A stretch of 32,000 nt of DNA from Bacillus sp. Brlt_9 (GTDB taxonomy: Bacteria; Bacillota; Bacilli; Bacillales; Bacillaceae_G). The stretch spans positions 455,388 through 487,387 of the forward strand of contig NZ_JAYJLO010000003.1 of NCBI RefSeq assembly GCF_051948935.1, given 5' to 3'. Numbering within the stretch: the stretch's first letter is position 1; the number at the start of each line of letters is the position of its first letter. Position numbers and translations under genes: made by a program. Of the stretch, positions 23,228 to 31,881 are shown one piece after another. The notes under the pieces are model-generated. The model was given only the letters and a program-made list of their open reading frames with translations. It was not told where the DNA came from and ran no database searches.

Positions 23228-23671
23228 CTAATTCTTATTAACCTCTGAAGGATGATCTTCTTCCTCATCTACAATACTTTTTCTTAGTTTATTGAAATTA
23301 GACACAGACATTAATAATGAAAATACAAATAGGACCCAAAATGGGATAGATATACTTGCAAATAATAGGTCCATAATAAACCAAGAACTAAAAGTGATTA
23401 AGAATGAAATAAAAAAGAGTATAAGAGGGTTAGGCTCAGGTGGTAATAATTTTTGCTTTCTAGTAGCGACGTAAACCAAACCAGTAAGAGAACCAAAGAC
23501 TATACTAAAAATAGAAATTGCAACACTAAACTGGAATGCATCCCAAAAGGTAGGAATAGTCATTCCTAAAAAACTAACCTGTGATATGAAGAATAGAGCT
23601 CCTGCATAAATAGCCGAGAATACTAAGAAAATTATAAGAGCTATGATCATATATATAATCAAATAATTCAC
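23228..23671 (-). CDS. Integral membrane protein (about 4 TM)
   Basis: Hydrophobic throughout with an acidic C-terminal tail. The start is uncertain: GTG at 23671 or TTG at 23662 after AGGTGA. Confidence 0.75.
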   Translation of the reverse strand: MNYLIIYMIIALIIFLVFSAIYAGALFFISQVSFLGMTIPTFWDAFQFSVAISIFSIVFGSLTGLVYVATRKQKLLPPEPNPLILFFISFLITFSSWFIMDLLFASISIPFWVLFVFSLLMSVSNFNKLRKSIVDEEEDHPSEVNKN

Positions 23672-23877
23672 CTGCTTTTATGAAAAAAGTTAGATACTAT
23701 TGAGAAATAACTCATACAAATATAAGCAAAATGATGTGGTATGCAATTTTATTTAGAAAGAATTTATTTCAAAATCATTGTTTCTCTTGAGCTATAATAT
23801 AAACAATGAATGGTTTATATGTAATAGAATTAATCTAGAATAGATTATATTTTATTGCTTAATGAAAGGTGAGAAAG

Positions 23878-24390
23878 ATGAGTCTACAAGATTTATTAGA
23901 AAAAGCATTAGAGATTGCAATAGAATGTCATAAAGGTCAAGTTGATAAGGGTGGGAATCCATATATCTTGCATCCGTTGGCCGTGGCAAGTAGAGTACAT
24001 AAATTAGAAGAGAAGATAGTAGCTATATTACACGATGTAGTCGAAGATACATATATGACACTTGATCGTCTACGAGAAATTGGTTTCCCGGAATACATAG
24101 TCCTAGCGGTTGATTCTGTTACTAGAAGAGATGGGGAAGCCTATGACGAGTTTTTATTTCGTTCAAGCTTAAACTGTATTGGTAGGGTTGTTAAAATAGC
24201 TGATATATTAGAAAACAGTAATTTTGATAGAATACCTAAAGAGATTCAAATTAAGCTTGGGGAAAAACAAATAACGAGATTGAAGAAAAAATATGCTAGA
24301 GCATTATCTATACTTACTAAGCCGGGATGGGTATTTAGGGATAGAAAATGGTTTGAAAATCCGAAACTTGTTTTTGATAAAAACGAGTAA
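23878..24390 (+). CDS. HD-domain protein of the RelA/SpoT hydrolase type (small alarmone hydrolase-like)
   Basis: AAAGGTGAG RBS. CHKGQVDKGGNPYILHPLAVA and ILHDVVEDT (HDxxED) motifs. Confidence 0.8.
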   Translation: MSLQDLLEKALEIAIECHKGQVDKGGNPYILHPLAVASRVHKLEEKIVAILHDVVEDTYMTLDRLREIGFPEYIVLAVDSVTRRDGEAYDEFLFRSSLNCIGRVVKIADILENSNFDRIPKEIQIKLGEKQITRLKKKYARALSILTKPGWVFRDRKWFENPKLVFDKNE

Positions 24391-24395
24391 ATTGG

Positions 24396-24426
24396 AAACC
24401 TTCATTTTAAATGAGGGTTTTATTTG
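24396..24426 (+). terminator. Rho-independent terminator
   Basis: GAAACCTTCATTT-TAAATGAGGGTTTTATTT. Confidence 0.7.
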
Positions 24427-24430
24427 TAAT

Positions 24431-24459
24431 TTGCGATTATAAGGATGTTTTTTTATATA
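24431..24459 (+). promoter_or_regulatory. SigmaA-like promoter candidate for the XRE gene
   Basis: TTGCGA, a 17-nt spacer, then TATATA. Confidence 0.45.
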
Positions 24460-24513
24460 AATTACCTTAATTAGTGTATGATGATAAAGGATAAAAATTA
24501 TAGAGGTGAAACA

Positions 24514-24801
24514 ATGAATAAAGCTATTAAAACTTTTGAAGACATAAAGAAAGATGCTCTTCAAGAAGGACCACAGGCCTATGGTGAAGTTATGGCGACA
24601 GAGATATTTGGACAGATGATGGCTATACGTGATCAGAAGGGGATTTCACAAAGAAAATGGTCAGAACTTAGTGGTGTAGCCCAAAAAACCATTTCTAGAT
24701 TGGAGAACGGTTTGGATACACCAAGGTTACAAACAGCCCTAAAGCTTGCTTCTGCTTTGGGATATTCTATGAAATTAGTACCCCTTGATGAAGATAAATA
24801 A
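24514..24801 (+). CDS. XRE-family helix-turn-helix transcriptional regulator
   Basis: AGAGGTG RBS before the ATG at 24514. ISQRKWSELSGVAQKTISRLENG is a typical Cro/C1 HTH. Confidence 0.85.
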   Translation: MNKAIKTFEDIKKDALQEGPQAYGEVMATEIFGQMMAIRDQKGISQRKWSELSGVAQKTISRLENGLDTPRLQTALKLASALGYSMKLVPLDEDK

Positions 24802-24804
24802 ACA

Positions 24805-24841
24805 AAAAGACCTTCTCTTGATAATGAGATGGTCTTTTTTA
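24805..24841. terminator. Bidirectional terminator
   Basis: AAAAGACCTTCTC-TTGATAAT-GAGATGGTCTTTTTT. Confidence 0.85.
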
Positions 24842-24847
24842 TTTATA

Positions 24848-25303
24848 CTATTTTACTGAATCCTTTTTATCTTTTGCTCTACCTCTATTGAAGTAGAAGA
24901 AGATTGGAAGTGGAATGATGATAAAACCTAAACTTCTAATGACAGTATTTAATGCTTCTTGTTTCGTTCTCTCTTTATTGTCTTCAACGTTGTTATCGTA
25001 TTCTGCACGAATTTGTTCTTCACTTAAAGTTTGATTCGTATCTTTAAATTGGCTCATTTTCATCTGTTTAAAAGAGTTATAAGTTTCATAGTAAGGGGTA
25101 GGACTAATAAGGTCGGATAACCCCATAAATGCCCCAATTCCACCTCCTATCGATAACATAAGAGTTGCAAATAAAACTAGATGAATATATAACTGTCTAA
25201 ACACGTTTTCTCCACCTTCCTCTTTCCACTTAAGAGCAGCAAGAATAATAAAAGCGATGACTGCAATTGGTAAACCTAATAATAAGAATGGAATAATAAT
25301 CAA
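24848..25303 (-). CDS. Membrane protein (3 TM) with a charged central loop (TTG start)
   Basis: AAGGAGGG RBS 6 nt before the TTG. Confidence 0.75.
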   Translation of the reverse strand: MIIIPFLLLGLPIAVIAFIILAALKWKEEGGENVFRQLYIHLVLFATLMLSIGGGIGAFMGLSDLISPTPYYETYNSFKQMKMSQFKDTNQTLSEEQIRAEYDNNVEDNKERTKQEALNTVIRSLGFIIIPLPIFFYFNRGRAKDKKDSVK

Positions 25304-25506
25304 TGAACTCCCTCCTTAATTAATTATATTTATCAAGAGTAGAGTAATGCCTTTTTCTAAATAAAAAAGATAGTCATTCCGAGTGATACTTAACTTCATT
25401 AAGTATTTTGTGTTTTTACTATACATATGAAAAAATATGATTATATTTAGTATCATAATAAGGCTAATGAGTGCTTTATTCCTTTTTAAAAATAGAGGGT
25501 GATCCA

Positions 25507-26271
25507 ATGTTGGTTAAAGATAAAGTTGCTGTTATTACTGGTGGTGCATCAGGTATAGGGAGAGAAACTTCGTTAAAATATGCTCGTGAAGGAGCTAAAG
25601 TAGTAGTTGCTGACTTTAACGAAGCTGGTGGTACAGAAACTGTGAAACTAATCAAAAAAGAGGGCGGCGAAGCAGTCTTCTATAAAGTGGATGTTACGAA
25701 GTATGATGAAGTTGAGAAGTTAGTTGAATTTACTGTAGATACATATAAAACAATTGATGTAATGTTCAATAATGCTGGTATTGGTGGTGCAGGTGTAGTT
25801 AATAATCAAGACTTAGAATTATACCATAAAGTTATAAATGTAAATCAGCACGGTGTAACTTATGGAATTATGGCAGCAAGTAAAAAAATGATTGAACTTG
25901 GTGTAAAAGGTGTAATAATTAATACTGCTTCAGTATTTGGATATATGGCCTCTGTTGGTACTTTTGCTTATCACGCTACAAAAGGTGCAGTGGTAATGAT
26001 GACGAAATCAGCTGCATTAGACTTAGCACCATATGGAATAAGAGTTGTAGCAATTGCTCCAGGTTTTGTTGAAACACCGATTGTAGAAACATATAAGAAA
26101 ATGGGAATAGAAGATAAACTTAAAGCTCTTCAAATGGGTAAAGAATATATCCAGCCAGAACAGATTGCCGATGTAGTGTGCTTATTAGCAACTAAAGAAG
26201 CGAGAATGGTAAACGGTAGTGTTGTAATGGTAGATGATGGTTTTGCATCCTTTAAGTCATACTTAGGTTAA
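25507..26271 (+). CDS. Short-chain dehydrogenase/reductase (SDR) family oxidoreductase
   Basis: AGAGGGTGA RBS. TGGASGIGR cofactor motif, NNAG, and the catalytic YHATK (YxxxK). Confidence 0.9.
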   Translation: MLVKDKVAVITGGASGIGRETSLKYAREGAKVVVADFNEAGGTETVKLIKKEGGEAVFYKVDVTKYDEVEKLVEFTVDTYKTIDVMFNNAGIGGAGVVNNQDLELYHKVINVNQHGVTYGIMAASKKMIELGVKGVIINTASVFGYMASVGTFAYHATKGAVVMMTKSAALDLAPYGIRVVAIAPGFVETPIVETYKKMGIEDKLKALQMGKEYIQPEQIADVVCLLATKEARMVNGSVVMVDDGFASFKSYLG

Positions 26272-26276
26272 GGTAT

Positions 26277-26308
26277 TAAGAGGTTATGAATTTCATAACC
26301 TCTTTTCT
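26277..26308 (+). terminator. Rho-independent terminator
   Basis: AAGAGGTTATGAA-T-TTCATAACCTCTTTTC. Confidence 0.85.
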
Positions 26309-26340
26309 GTTGAATAAATAACTAGAAAAATTTTAAATAA

Positions 26341-26368
26341 AAAAACATAAACCTGTTTATGTTTTTTC
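26341..26368. terminator. Second hairpin with flanking A-run and T-run
   Basis: AAAAACATAAAC-CT-GTTTATGTTTTTT, 33 nt after the previous terminator. Confidence 0.5.
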
Positions 26369-26433
26369 CACTTTCAATTTTCATTAAAGTAAAATTGGCT
26401 TATAAAACGTATAAAGGAAAAGGGGCTCCTATT

Positions 26434-26700
26434 ATGAAAGCGGTTTTAAAGATTGAATGGATTTTTGAAAGTGAACAAGGTGTAAAAGAAATAGAATGTA
26501 TGAACATTGAAGAAGCAGAGGAACTAAGAATGCAAATGATTGAAAAAGAGAAAAAAGAAAGTGAAATCAAAATAAAATCAAATGTTAAAGTTCCGCATTT
26601 TAATATGATTTCTTTAGCAAGCATTGTTAGAAGTAAAGAGGGAGTATGGGATGAAAGCCCTACATATTATAACTATGTTATAGAAGAAGTAAGTGCATAG
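26434..26700 (+). CDS. Hypothetical small protein
   Basis: AAAGGAAAAGGGG RBS before the ATG at 26434. The track's extension back to 26359 runs through the hairpin. Confidence 0.6.
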   Translation: MKAVLKIEWIFESEQGVKEIECMNIEEAEELRMQMIEKEKKESEIKIKSNVKVPHFNMISLASIVRSKEGVWDESPTYYNYVIEEVSA

Positions 26701-26710
26701 GTAGAAGTGT

Positions 26711-26747
26711 AAAAATCACTAGGGAAAAATTCGCTAGTGATTTTTTA
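26711..26747 (+). terminator. Rho-independent terminator
   Basis: AAAATCACTAG-loop-CTAGTGATTTTTT. Confidence 0.85.
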
Positions 26748-26888
26748 TTTGAAATTTTTTAGTGTCCGAAAACGGCATAATTTCAAGGGGTTCAAGATTC
26801 TTACAAAACTGTAAGGGAGGAGGTGTAATGCTATAAGTTAATGCGATCAATGAAACAAGTAGCATTTTTATATATACAATGGGGGAAT

Positions 26889-27482
26889 ATGATAATGATT
26901 AAGAAGGTAATAGGTTTTAGTTTAGCGGCAACATTTGCAGCTGTAGCATTAACAGGGTGTGGACTTCTACCACAAAAATCAAATGGTTTGATACTATATG
27001 GTTCGGATCAACAAATTGATAGTCAGATTAAAAAATATAATAAAGATTTAAAAGATAATAATTCATTTAAGATCAAAATATTAGAAGTAAACAAACAAAA
27101 GACTCTAGTTATGAGTAAAAATACTGCTGAGGAACTAATTAAAATTGAAGCGCTGCGACAAGTTGAAGGAGAAAATACTAAACCGATAGATAAATTACCC
27201 GAGGTAACAAAAGAAAAGGCTATAATGTTCGCTAAAAATGAAATGAAAGATTTTAAGGTTGATGGAAAAAACTATACGATAAAATATGAAGGGAATATTA
27301 TTATAGGGAATGGTCGTACTTATGTGGATTCGTTCTTAATTATAGATGATAGTGAGTTTGAGAGTATCTCGGGTACTGAGAAAACAATGGGGTTATTAAA
27401 ATTCAATAAGGATCCTAAAAATGAAACAATAAACGTATCCAAAGAAACTGAAAAGTTCCAAATGGTGACGTTTAAAAAGTAA
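26889..27482 (+). CDS. Lipoprotein
   Basis: GGGGGAA RBS. Signal peptide with the lipobox ALTGC. Confidence 0.8.
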   Translation: MIMIKKVIGFSLAATFAAVALTGCGLLPQKSNGLILYGSDQQIDSQIKKYNKDLKDNNSFKIKILEVNKQKTLVMSKNTAEELIKIEALRQVEGENTKPIDKLPEVTKEKAIMFAKNEMKDFKVDGKNYTIKYEGNIIIGNGRTYVDSFLIIDDSEFESISGTEKTMGLLKFNKDPKNETINVSKETEKFQMVTFKK

Positions 27483-27491
27483 TATGATTTA

Positions 27492-27525
27492 AAATAAAGA
27501 CCTAAAGTGATAGGTCTTTATTTTT
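27492..27525 (+). terminator. Rho-independent terminator (copy 1 of a near-identical pair)
   Basis: AAATAAAGACCTA-AAGTGA-TAGGTCTTTATTTTT. Confidence 0.85.
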
Positions 27526-27600
27526 GATAAAATTTAATGATAAATAGGAATATAATGTTATATTATTAAAGTAATATATAACCTACTAGGAGGAAATGGA

Positions 27601-28164
27601 ATGAAAAAAGGATTATTGGCACTATCAGTTGTATTAGGGGTATCTTTAGTAGGATGTTCTTCAAATGAAGAAGCTAAAGATAAAAAAGAAGTAAAAACAG
27701 AAGAAGTAAAAACTAATCAATCGAAGTCAGAAAACAAACAGGCTGAGGCAAGTAAAAAACCAGAAGAAAAGAAAGAAGCAAATACTACTGATAAAGCAGG
27801 AGAAGAATTTGAAGTGAAATGGAATGATAATGTTTCCATTGATAATAATACTATCTCTGTAAAAGTAGATACCAACTTAAAAGACGGTACTAAAATCTTG
27901 TACGAAGTTCGAAATTCTGGAAATGATAAAGATAGACTTGATGGGCAGTTAGAAGTACAAGGTGGTAAAGTAACTGGACAACTTGATATTAGTCAGTTTA
28001 AGCCAGGGAAAGTAACTGCAAAAGTGAGATTCTATCCATTCCAACAAACTAAAGAATTACAGCAAATTTATGGTGGTACTGGTGAGAAAATTAAAGGTGA
28101 TAAAGTTGTAGAAAAGAGTGTAGGTAAGGTTGTAGCTGTGGATAAGGTTTATAACAAGCGCTAA
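27601..28164 (+). CDS. Lipoprotein with a K/E-rich linker
   Basis: AGGAGG RBS. Signal peptide with the lipobox SLVGC. Confidence 0.85.
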   Translation: MKKGLLALSVVLGVSLVGCSSNEEAKDKKEVKTEEVKTNQSKSENKQAEASKKPEEKKEANTTDKAGEEFEVKWNDNVSIDNNTISVKVDTNLKDGTKILYEVRNSGNDKDRLDGQLEVQGGKVTGQLDISQFKPGKVTAKVRFYPFQQTKELQQIYGGTGEKIKGDKVVEKSVGKVVAVDKVYNKR

Positions 28165-28174
28165 TATGAATAGT

Positions 28175-28209
28175 AAATAAAGACCTAATAAGTAGGTCTT
28201 TATTTTTTT
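28175..28209 (+). terminator. Rho-independent terminator (copy 2 of a near-identical pair)
   Basis: AAATAAAGACCTA-ATAAG-TAGGTCTTTATTTTTTT. Confidence 0.85.
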
Positions 28210-28352
28210 GTATATAAGTGCAGATGTATTGGGAGGTTCTATATAAATAAAGATTATTAATTATCCCATTATAAGAGAATTAGATATAAAATGTGATTAA
28301 TACTAAGATTGATCTTGTATGAAAGGAAATACAAAAAGGAGATGTAAGAAAT

Positions 28353-28550
28353 ATGTTTTATGTTGAATGTTCTTGCGGAGCGAAGAGTAAAATTGAATTA
28401 TCCGAAGTTATAGGTGAGGGTAGAAAAGGTAAAGAGATTGTTGTAGATGGAGAAGTAGACATTGTTATTGGTGATTATGAATTGTTGAATGTTTATTGTT
28501 CAAGCTGTGAAGTGGAATTAAATGATAAAGAAAAAACTTATAAACTGTAA
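28353..28550 (+). CDS. Small Cys-pair (zinc-ribbon-like) protein
   Basis: AAAGGAG RBS. CSC near the N-terminus and CSSC near the C-terminus. Confidence 0.6.
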   Translation: MFYVECSCGAKSKIELSEVIGEGRKGKEIVVDGEVDIVIGDYELLNVYCSSCEVELNDKEKTYKL

Positions 28551-28698
28551 AGAGAAAGGGGCTACGATAGTACGTCCTTTTTAATTTGTGTAGGATTTAA
28601 ACGATGTGAAATAATTCCCATATATTATTGATATTTTATATGAAATGCATAGATTGTTACTGGAAATGTCTTTTGCTGTGGTAGAAGAAGGTGATGAG

Positions 28699-30396
28699 TT
28701 GCGAACGATTTCCAAAAAAATAGTAGGCGTACTTACTATTTCGCTTACAGCAAGTTTTTTAATGACAAACGCTCTAATGTATTACAGTGTATACGATAAA
28801 ACGCTTGAAGCAGCAGGTATTGAAGCATATGGTTGTGCAAATATTACGACTGGTCTATTAAATCCAGAAGATGTACAAAAAGTTTTAAAAGGGGATAAAG
28901 AAACTGTTGAAAAAGTGGGAGATCAAATTGAGTGGACAGTAAAACATAAAGATATATTTGATGCTCAATACATATTAGATTTAAAAGGAAACATCGTTGC
29001 TTCAGATAGTAACTTATTAAAGAGTGGCTCTAAAATTGGTGATAAGCATCCGATTGACCCTGAATTAATTCATCATTTAAAAGATATGAAGCATCCTGTT
29101 TTTTCTGAAGTCTATGAATTTAATGGAAAAGAAAAGGTGACAGGATTTGCACCTATATTTAAAGATCAGGATCCAAATAAAGAAGTGATAGCAATAAGTG
29201 CTATTGATTTTGACGCTTCTATTGTAACTCAAAGAACATTAGAAACGATTGGTTCATCTGTTTTACTTAGTGCGATTCCATTGTTATTAGTATTAGTTGT
29301 TACGGCACTATTTGTAAATAGAATCATAAGACCGATTAGAATTGTTTCTGATAAAGTAAATGAGGTAAGTAAAGGGGATTTATCTAAAGAAAAGCTTTTA
29401 TTTAAAAACAAAGATGAAATAGGGATGTTAGCTGAAGACTTCAACTCATTGACTGGTAGATTTAAAGATATAATAGGTGATGTTTCATTGAATACCGCTC
29501 ATTTAGCTGCTACTTCTGAAGAGTTGTATGCTAGTGCTCAGAATATATCTAGTATTTCAGATAAAAATACAAACAGACTAGTCGAAGTTAACGATATGTC
29601 TGAAACACAATCGAATCATATGACCGAAATAGCTACAATTATTCATAACCTATCAAATCATATACAAATTATTTCAGAGCAATTGAACACATTTAGTTCA
29701 ATTTCTAAAAATACTGTAGAAGAGGCGATTGCAGGAGAAGGAGTAATTGAAGAAACAAACTATCAAATGCAAAACATTGTAACGAAAATAGAAACTTTAA
29801 CACAGACTATGATGTCATTACAGCTAAAGTCTAAGAAGATTGATAAAATAATAGAAGTCATTAGTGCAGGTTCGGAACAAACGAACATTATTTCTATGAA
29901 TGCTGCGATAGAAGCAAATAAGGCAGGAGAGAGTGGTAAGGGCTTCGCGGTAGTAGCTGGTGAGGTTCGTCGATTAGCAGAAGAATCGTCAAGCTCTACA
30001 GGAATGATAAGGGAATTGCTAAATGAAATTCAAAAAGAAATAAATGAAGCGTTAAATGAAAGTAAAGAGGGGAATAAGGAAGCTAATGAGGGGATGTCTA
30101 AAGTAAAAGAAGCTGGGGAATCGTTTAATCAAATCTCCACTCGTATTAAAATGGTAAGCCAAGAAATTACTACTGCTTCTGAATCGGTAGAATCTGTATC
30201 GAGTGAAATAGAAGAGATTATAGAGAAAATGGATCATATAGTGAAGCTTCTTGATGATACAACTAAAAATATTTATGAAACATCTACAGCTATAAATGAT
30301 CAAAATAGTTCATTTAAAGAAATAGTTGATGTAACGAATAGTATTTCAAAAACATCAGAACAATTAAAAGAGATAATAGGGTATTTCAAAATATAA
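28699..30396 (+). CDS. Methyl-accepting chemotaxis protein (extracellular sensor domain, HAMP, MA signalling domain)
   Basis: Two TM helices flank a ~180-aa sensor region. HAMP region ([12 protein letters not shown]). Signalling hairpin [41 protein letters not shown] at 28699 after AAGGTGA is preferred, since the track's ATG at 28645 has no RBS. Confidence 0.9.
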   Translation: MRTISKKIVGVLTISLTASFLMTNALMYYSVYDKTLEAAGIEAYGCANITTGLLNPEDVQKVLKGDKETVEKVGDQIEWTVKHKDIFDAQYILDLKGNIVASDSNLLKSGSKIGDKHPIDPELIHHLKDMKHPVFSEVYEFNGKEKVTGFAPIFKDQDPNKEVIAISAIDFDASIVTQRTLETIGSSVLLSAIPLLLVLVVTALFVNRIIRPIRIVSDKVNEVSKGDLSKEKLLFKNKDEIGMLAEDFNSLTGRFKDIIGDVSLNTAHLAATSEELYASAQNISSISDKNTNRLVEVNDMSETQSNHMTEIATIIHNLSNHIQIISEQLNTFSSISKNTVEEAIAGEGVIEETNYQMQNIVTKIETLTQTMMSLQLKSKKIDKIIEVISAGSEQTNIISMNAAIEANKAGESGKGFAVVAGEVRRLAEESSSSTGMIRELLNEIQKEINEALNESKEGNKEANEGMSKVKEAGESFNQISTRIKMVSQEITTASESVESVSSEIEEIIEKMDHIVKLLDDTTKNIYETSTAINDQNSSFKEIVDVTNSISKTSEQLKEIIGYFKI

Positions 30397-30400
30397 TAGA

Positions 30401-30435
30401 AAAAGACTAATCGATTTAATGATTAGTCTTTTTTA
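30401..30435. terminator. Bidirectional terminator
   Basis: AAAAGACTAATC-GATTTAAT-GATTAGTCTTTTTT. Confidence 0.85.
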
Positions 30436-30437
30436 CT

Positions 30438-30788
30438 TTAACAAGCCAAGCAAAATTGCCATCCTCTTATAACTTCTTGAGTATATTCAATTAAGACTTC
30501 GATTGACTTTAAATTGAAGTTTGTAAAGTCGAAAGTATATCCTCTAAATTGAACAAAAGGGTTTTCTGGTGTTGCGTTTTGTAATTCCTGAAGAAATATT
30601 TTCATATCACCTGATAAGCCATCGTATCGAAAATGAATTGAATCTATTATTTGAACGTCCTTTTTATTAATAGGTTCTCCTACTGTACCTGGGGGCTGGA
30701 TATGAAATATTTTAAGAGTGCGTGTAAAACTATCTGCCCCAATTGACATAGTCCCATAACCAAATTTCAAAACTTTGTTTTCAATCAT
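30438..30788 (-). CDS. Hypothetical protein
   Basis: AGTGAGG RBS. 116-aa ORF. Confidence 0.7.
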   Translation of the reverse strand: MIENKVLKFGYGTMSIGADSFTRTLKIFHIQPPGTVGEPINKKDVQIIDSIHFRYDGLSGDMKIFLQELQNATPENPFVQFRGYTFDFTNFNLKSIEVLIEYTQEVIRGWQFCLAC

Positions 30789-30948
30789 TATTTTGCCTCA
30801 CTTTTGTTTTTCTATATTATAAGTTGCAAACGTCCTAATTAGGAAAAAATAAATGGAATAATGAATATCGCACCAGTATTGAATTTAATATGAAAGTTCA
30901 TTAGTACGAAACATTATCTATATAATAAAACTCACTTATTTATGTGAG

Positions 30949-31152
30949 TTATTTTTCAACTCCAAGTTGTTTTGCAATAATGTTTTGTAACGTGTGATTG
31001 TTTGCGGCAAAACTAGATGCACGGGTAACATTATTTTAAGTTGATTTTGGTAGTTTTAATTCTTTGTTTGTACTTGTACTTCTCTTGAGGAATTTCTCTG
31101 CATCTTTAACGGCTCTCTCTAAGTTAATTCTACTACTAGGCAATGTAATCAT
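30949..31152 (-). pseudogene. Small ORF interrupted by one in-frame TAA (possible pseudogene)
   Basis: GAGAGGA RBS. MITLPSSRINLERAVKDAEKFLKRSTSTNKELKLPKST*NNVTRASSFAANNHTLQNIIAKQLGVEK, ending in a hairpin at 30927-30957. Confidence 0.3.
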
Positions 31153-31269
31153 CCTCTCAAAATATGAAATATGTATTAAGTACCTGTTTGTTAGTTTTAG
31201 CTACTTTATATAAAATATATATATGGTTAACAAATAATAAAAGATATTTTAGAAAGAAGTACATTGTAT

Positions 31270-31404
31270 ATGAATGTATATGCTGAAGCTGTAAAATGTG
31301 GTTTTGGTGTAGTGACAATTGAAAAGTTATTGTTTCTTGAACACGTAATGGAGCATATGGTTGAATTAGAATCCTTGTTGAAGTCAAATATCGACAGTGA
31401 ATGA
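31270..31404 (+). CDS. Possible 44-aa ORF, below the ORF-track cutoff
   Basis: MNVYAEAVKCGFGVVTIEKLLFLEHVMEHMVELESLLKSNIDSE. The RBS is weak. A bidirectional terminator lies about 55 nt downstream. Confidence 0.25.
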   Translation: MNVYAEAVKCGFGVVTIEKLLFLEHVMEHMVELESLLKSNIDSE

Positions 31405-31456
31405 TATATAAGGAAGAGAATTGTGCTAGGTTGTAATACTTATGGTATAAACGAAT

Positions 31457-31497
31457 AAAAACGCGAAGGTATCTGTAGCCTTTGCGTTTTTATTTGC
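31457..31497. terminator. Bidirectional terminator
   Basis: AAAAACGCGAAGG-TATCTGTA-GCCTTTGCGTTTTTATTT. Confidence 0.8.
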
Positions 31498-31545
31498 TGA
31501 AACATAATATATTTGTGTTTAGTTTGAATTATTGGATTGAACTAA

Positions 31546-31881
31546 TTATCCGTTATTGTTTTTTAAAGTGTTCCACTTATTCACAGATTTCATTAGTGAA
31601 TTAGATAACTCCTGAAGCTCTCCGTTACTTAAATAGAAAGGTTTTAATGAGAAGAAAGGTTTCCTAAATTTGAACCAATTATCTACACCTGTGTAGTGGT
31701 ATAAAAAACTATGTTCTAATACATATTTTTGTTCTTTATAAATGAAATAAAAGTAAAAAGTTTTGATTTTCCCGCTGCGATCTCTTTTGAAATCATATAA
31801 TTCCATTTCAGATAATACCTTTTGAACTCGTGGTAATGTAGTTGTATGAACTTCTTCTTTGAATATGTGAACTAAAGTCAT
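31546..31881 (-). CDS. Hypothetical protein
   Basis: GAGGT RBS before the ATG at 31881 (MTLVHIF...). The track's extension to 31950 is Y/K/N-rich and has no RBS. Confidence 0.65.
   Translation of the reverse strand: MTLVHIFKEEVHTTTLPRVQKVLSEMELYDFKRDRSGKIKTFYFYFIYKEQKYVLEHSFLYHYTGVDNWFKFRKPFFSLKPFYLSNGELQELSNSLMKSVNKWNTLKNNNG

Noticed and set aside
25316-25507. Minus-strand 63-aa ORF between the membrane protein gene and the SDR gene.
   Set aside because: It occupies the divergent promoter region, has no RBS, and has low-complexity I/L/N/K composition.
920-30303. ORFs in the track that are antisense to, or overlap, stronger genes: 920-1129(-), 3979-4242(-), 6115-6342(-), 7071-7265(-), 7440-7622(+), 8084-8329(-), 9400-9612(-), 9419-9601(-), 9563-9745(+), 10320-10604(-), 13092-13286(+), 13174-13371(+), 14196-14495(-), 17462-17653(-), 22600-22833(-), 23292-23474(+), 24304-24564(-), 26400-26624(-), 29229-29444(-), 30052-30303(-).
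   Set aside because: Each lies mostly inside a longer ORF on the other strand or in another frame, and that longer ORF has an RBS, recognisable motifs or a terminator. Their translations are I/L/F/S/K-rich, as expected from reading AT-rich coding DNA out of frame. None has a convincing RBS.
31157-31387. Minus-strand 76-aa ORF from the track.
   Set aside because: It has no RBS and an implausible composition (H/Q/L/Y runs). It overlaps a slightly more protein-like plus-strand 44-aa ORF, which is itself only low confidence.
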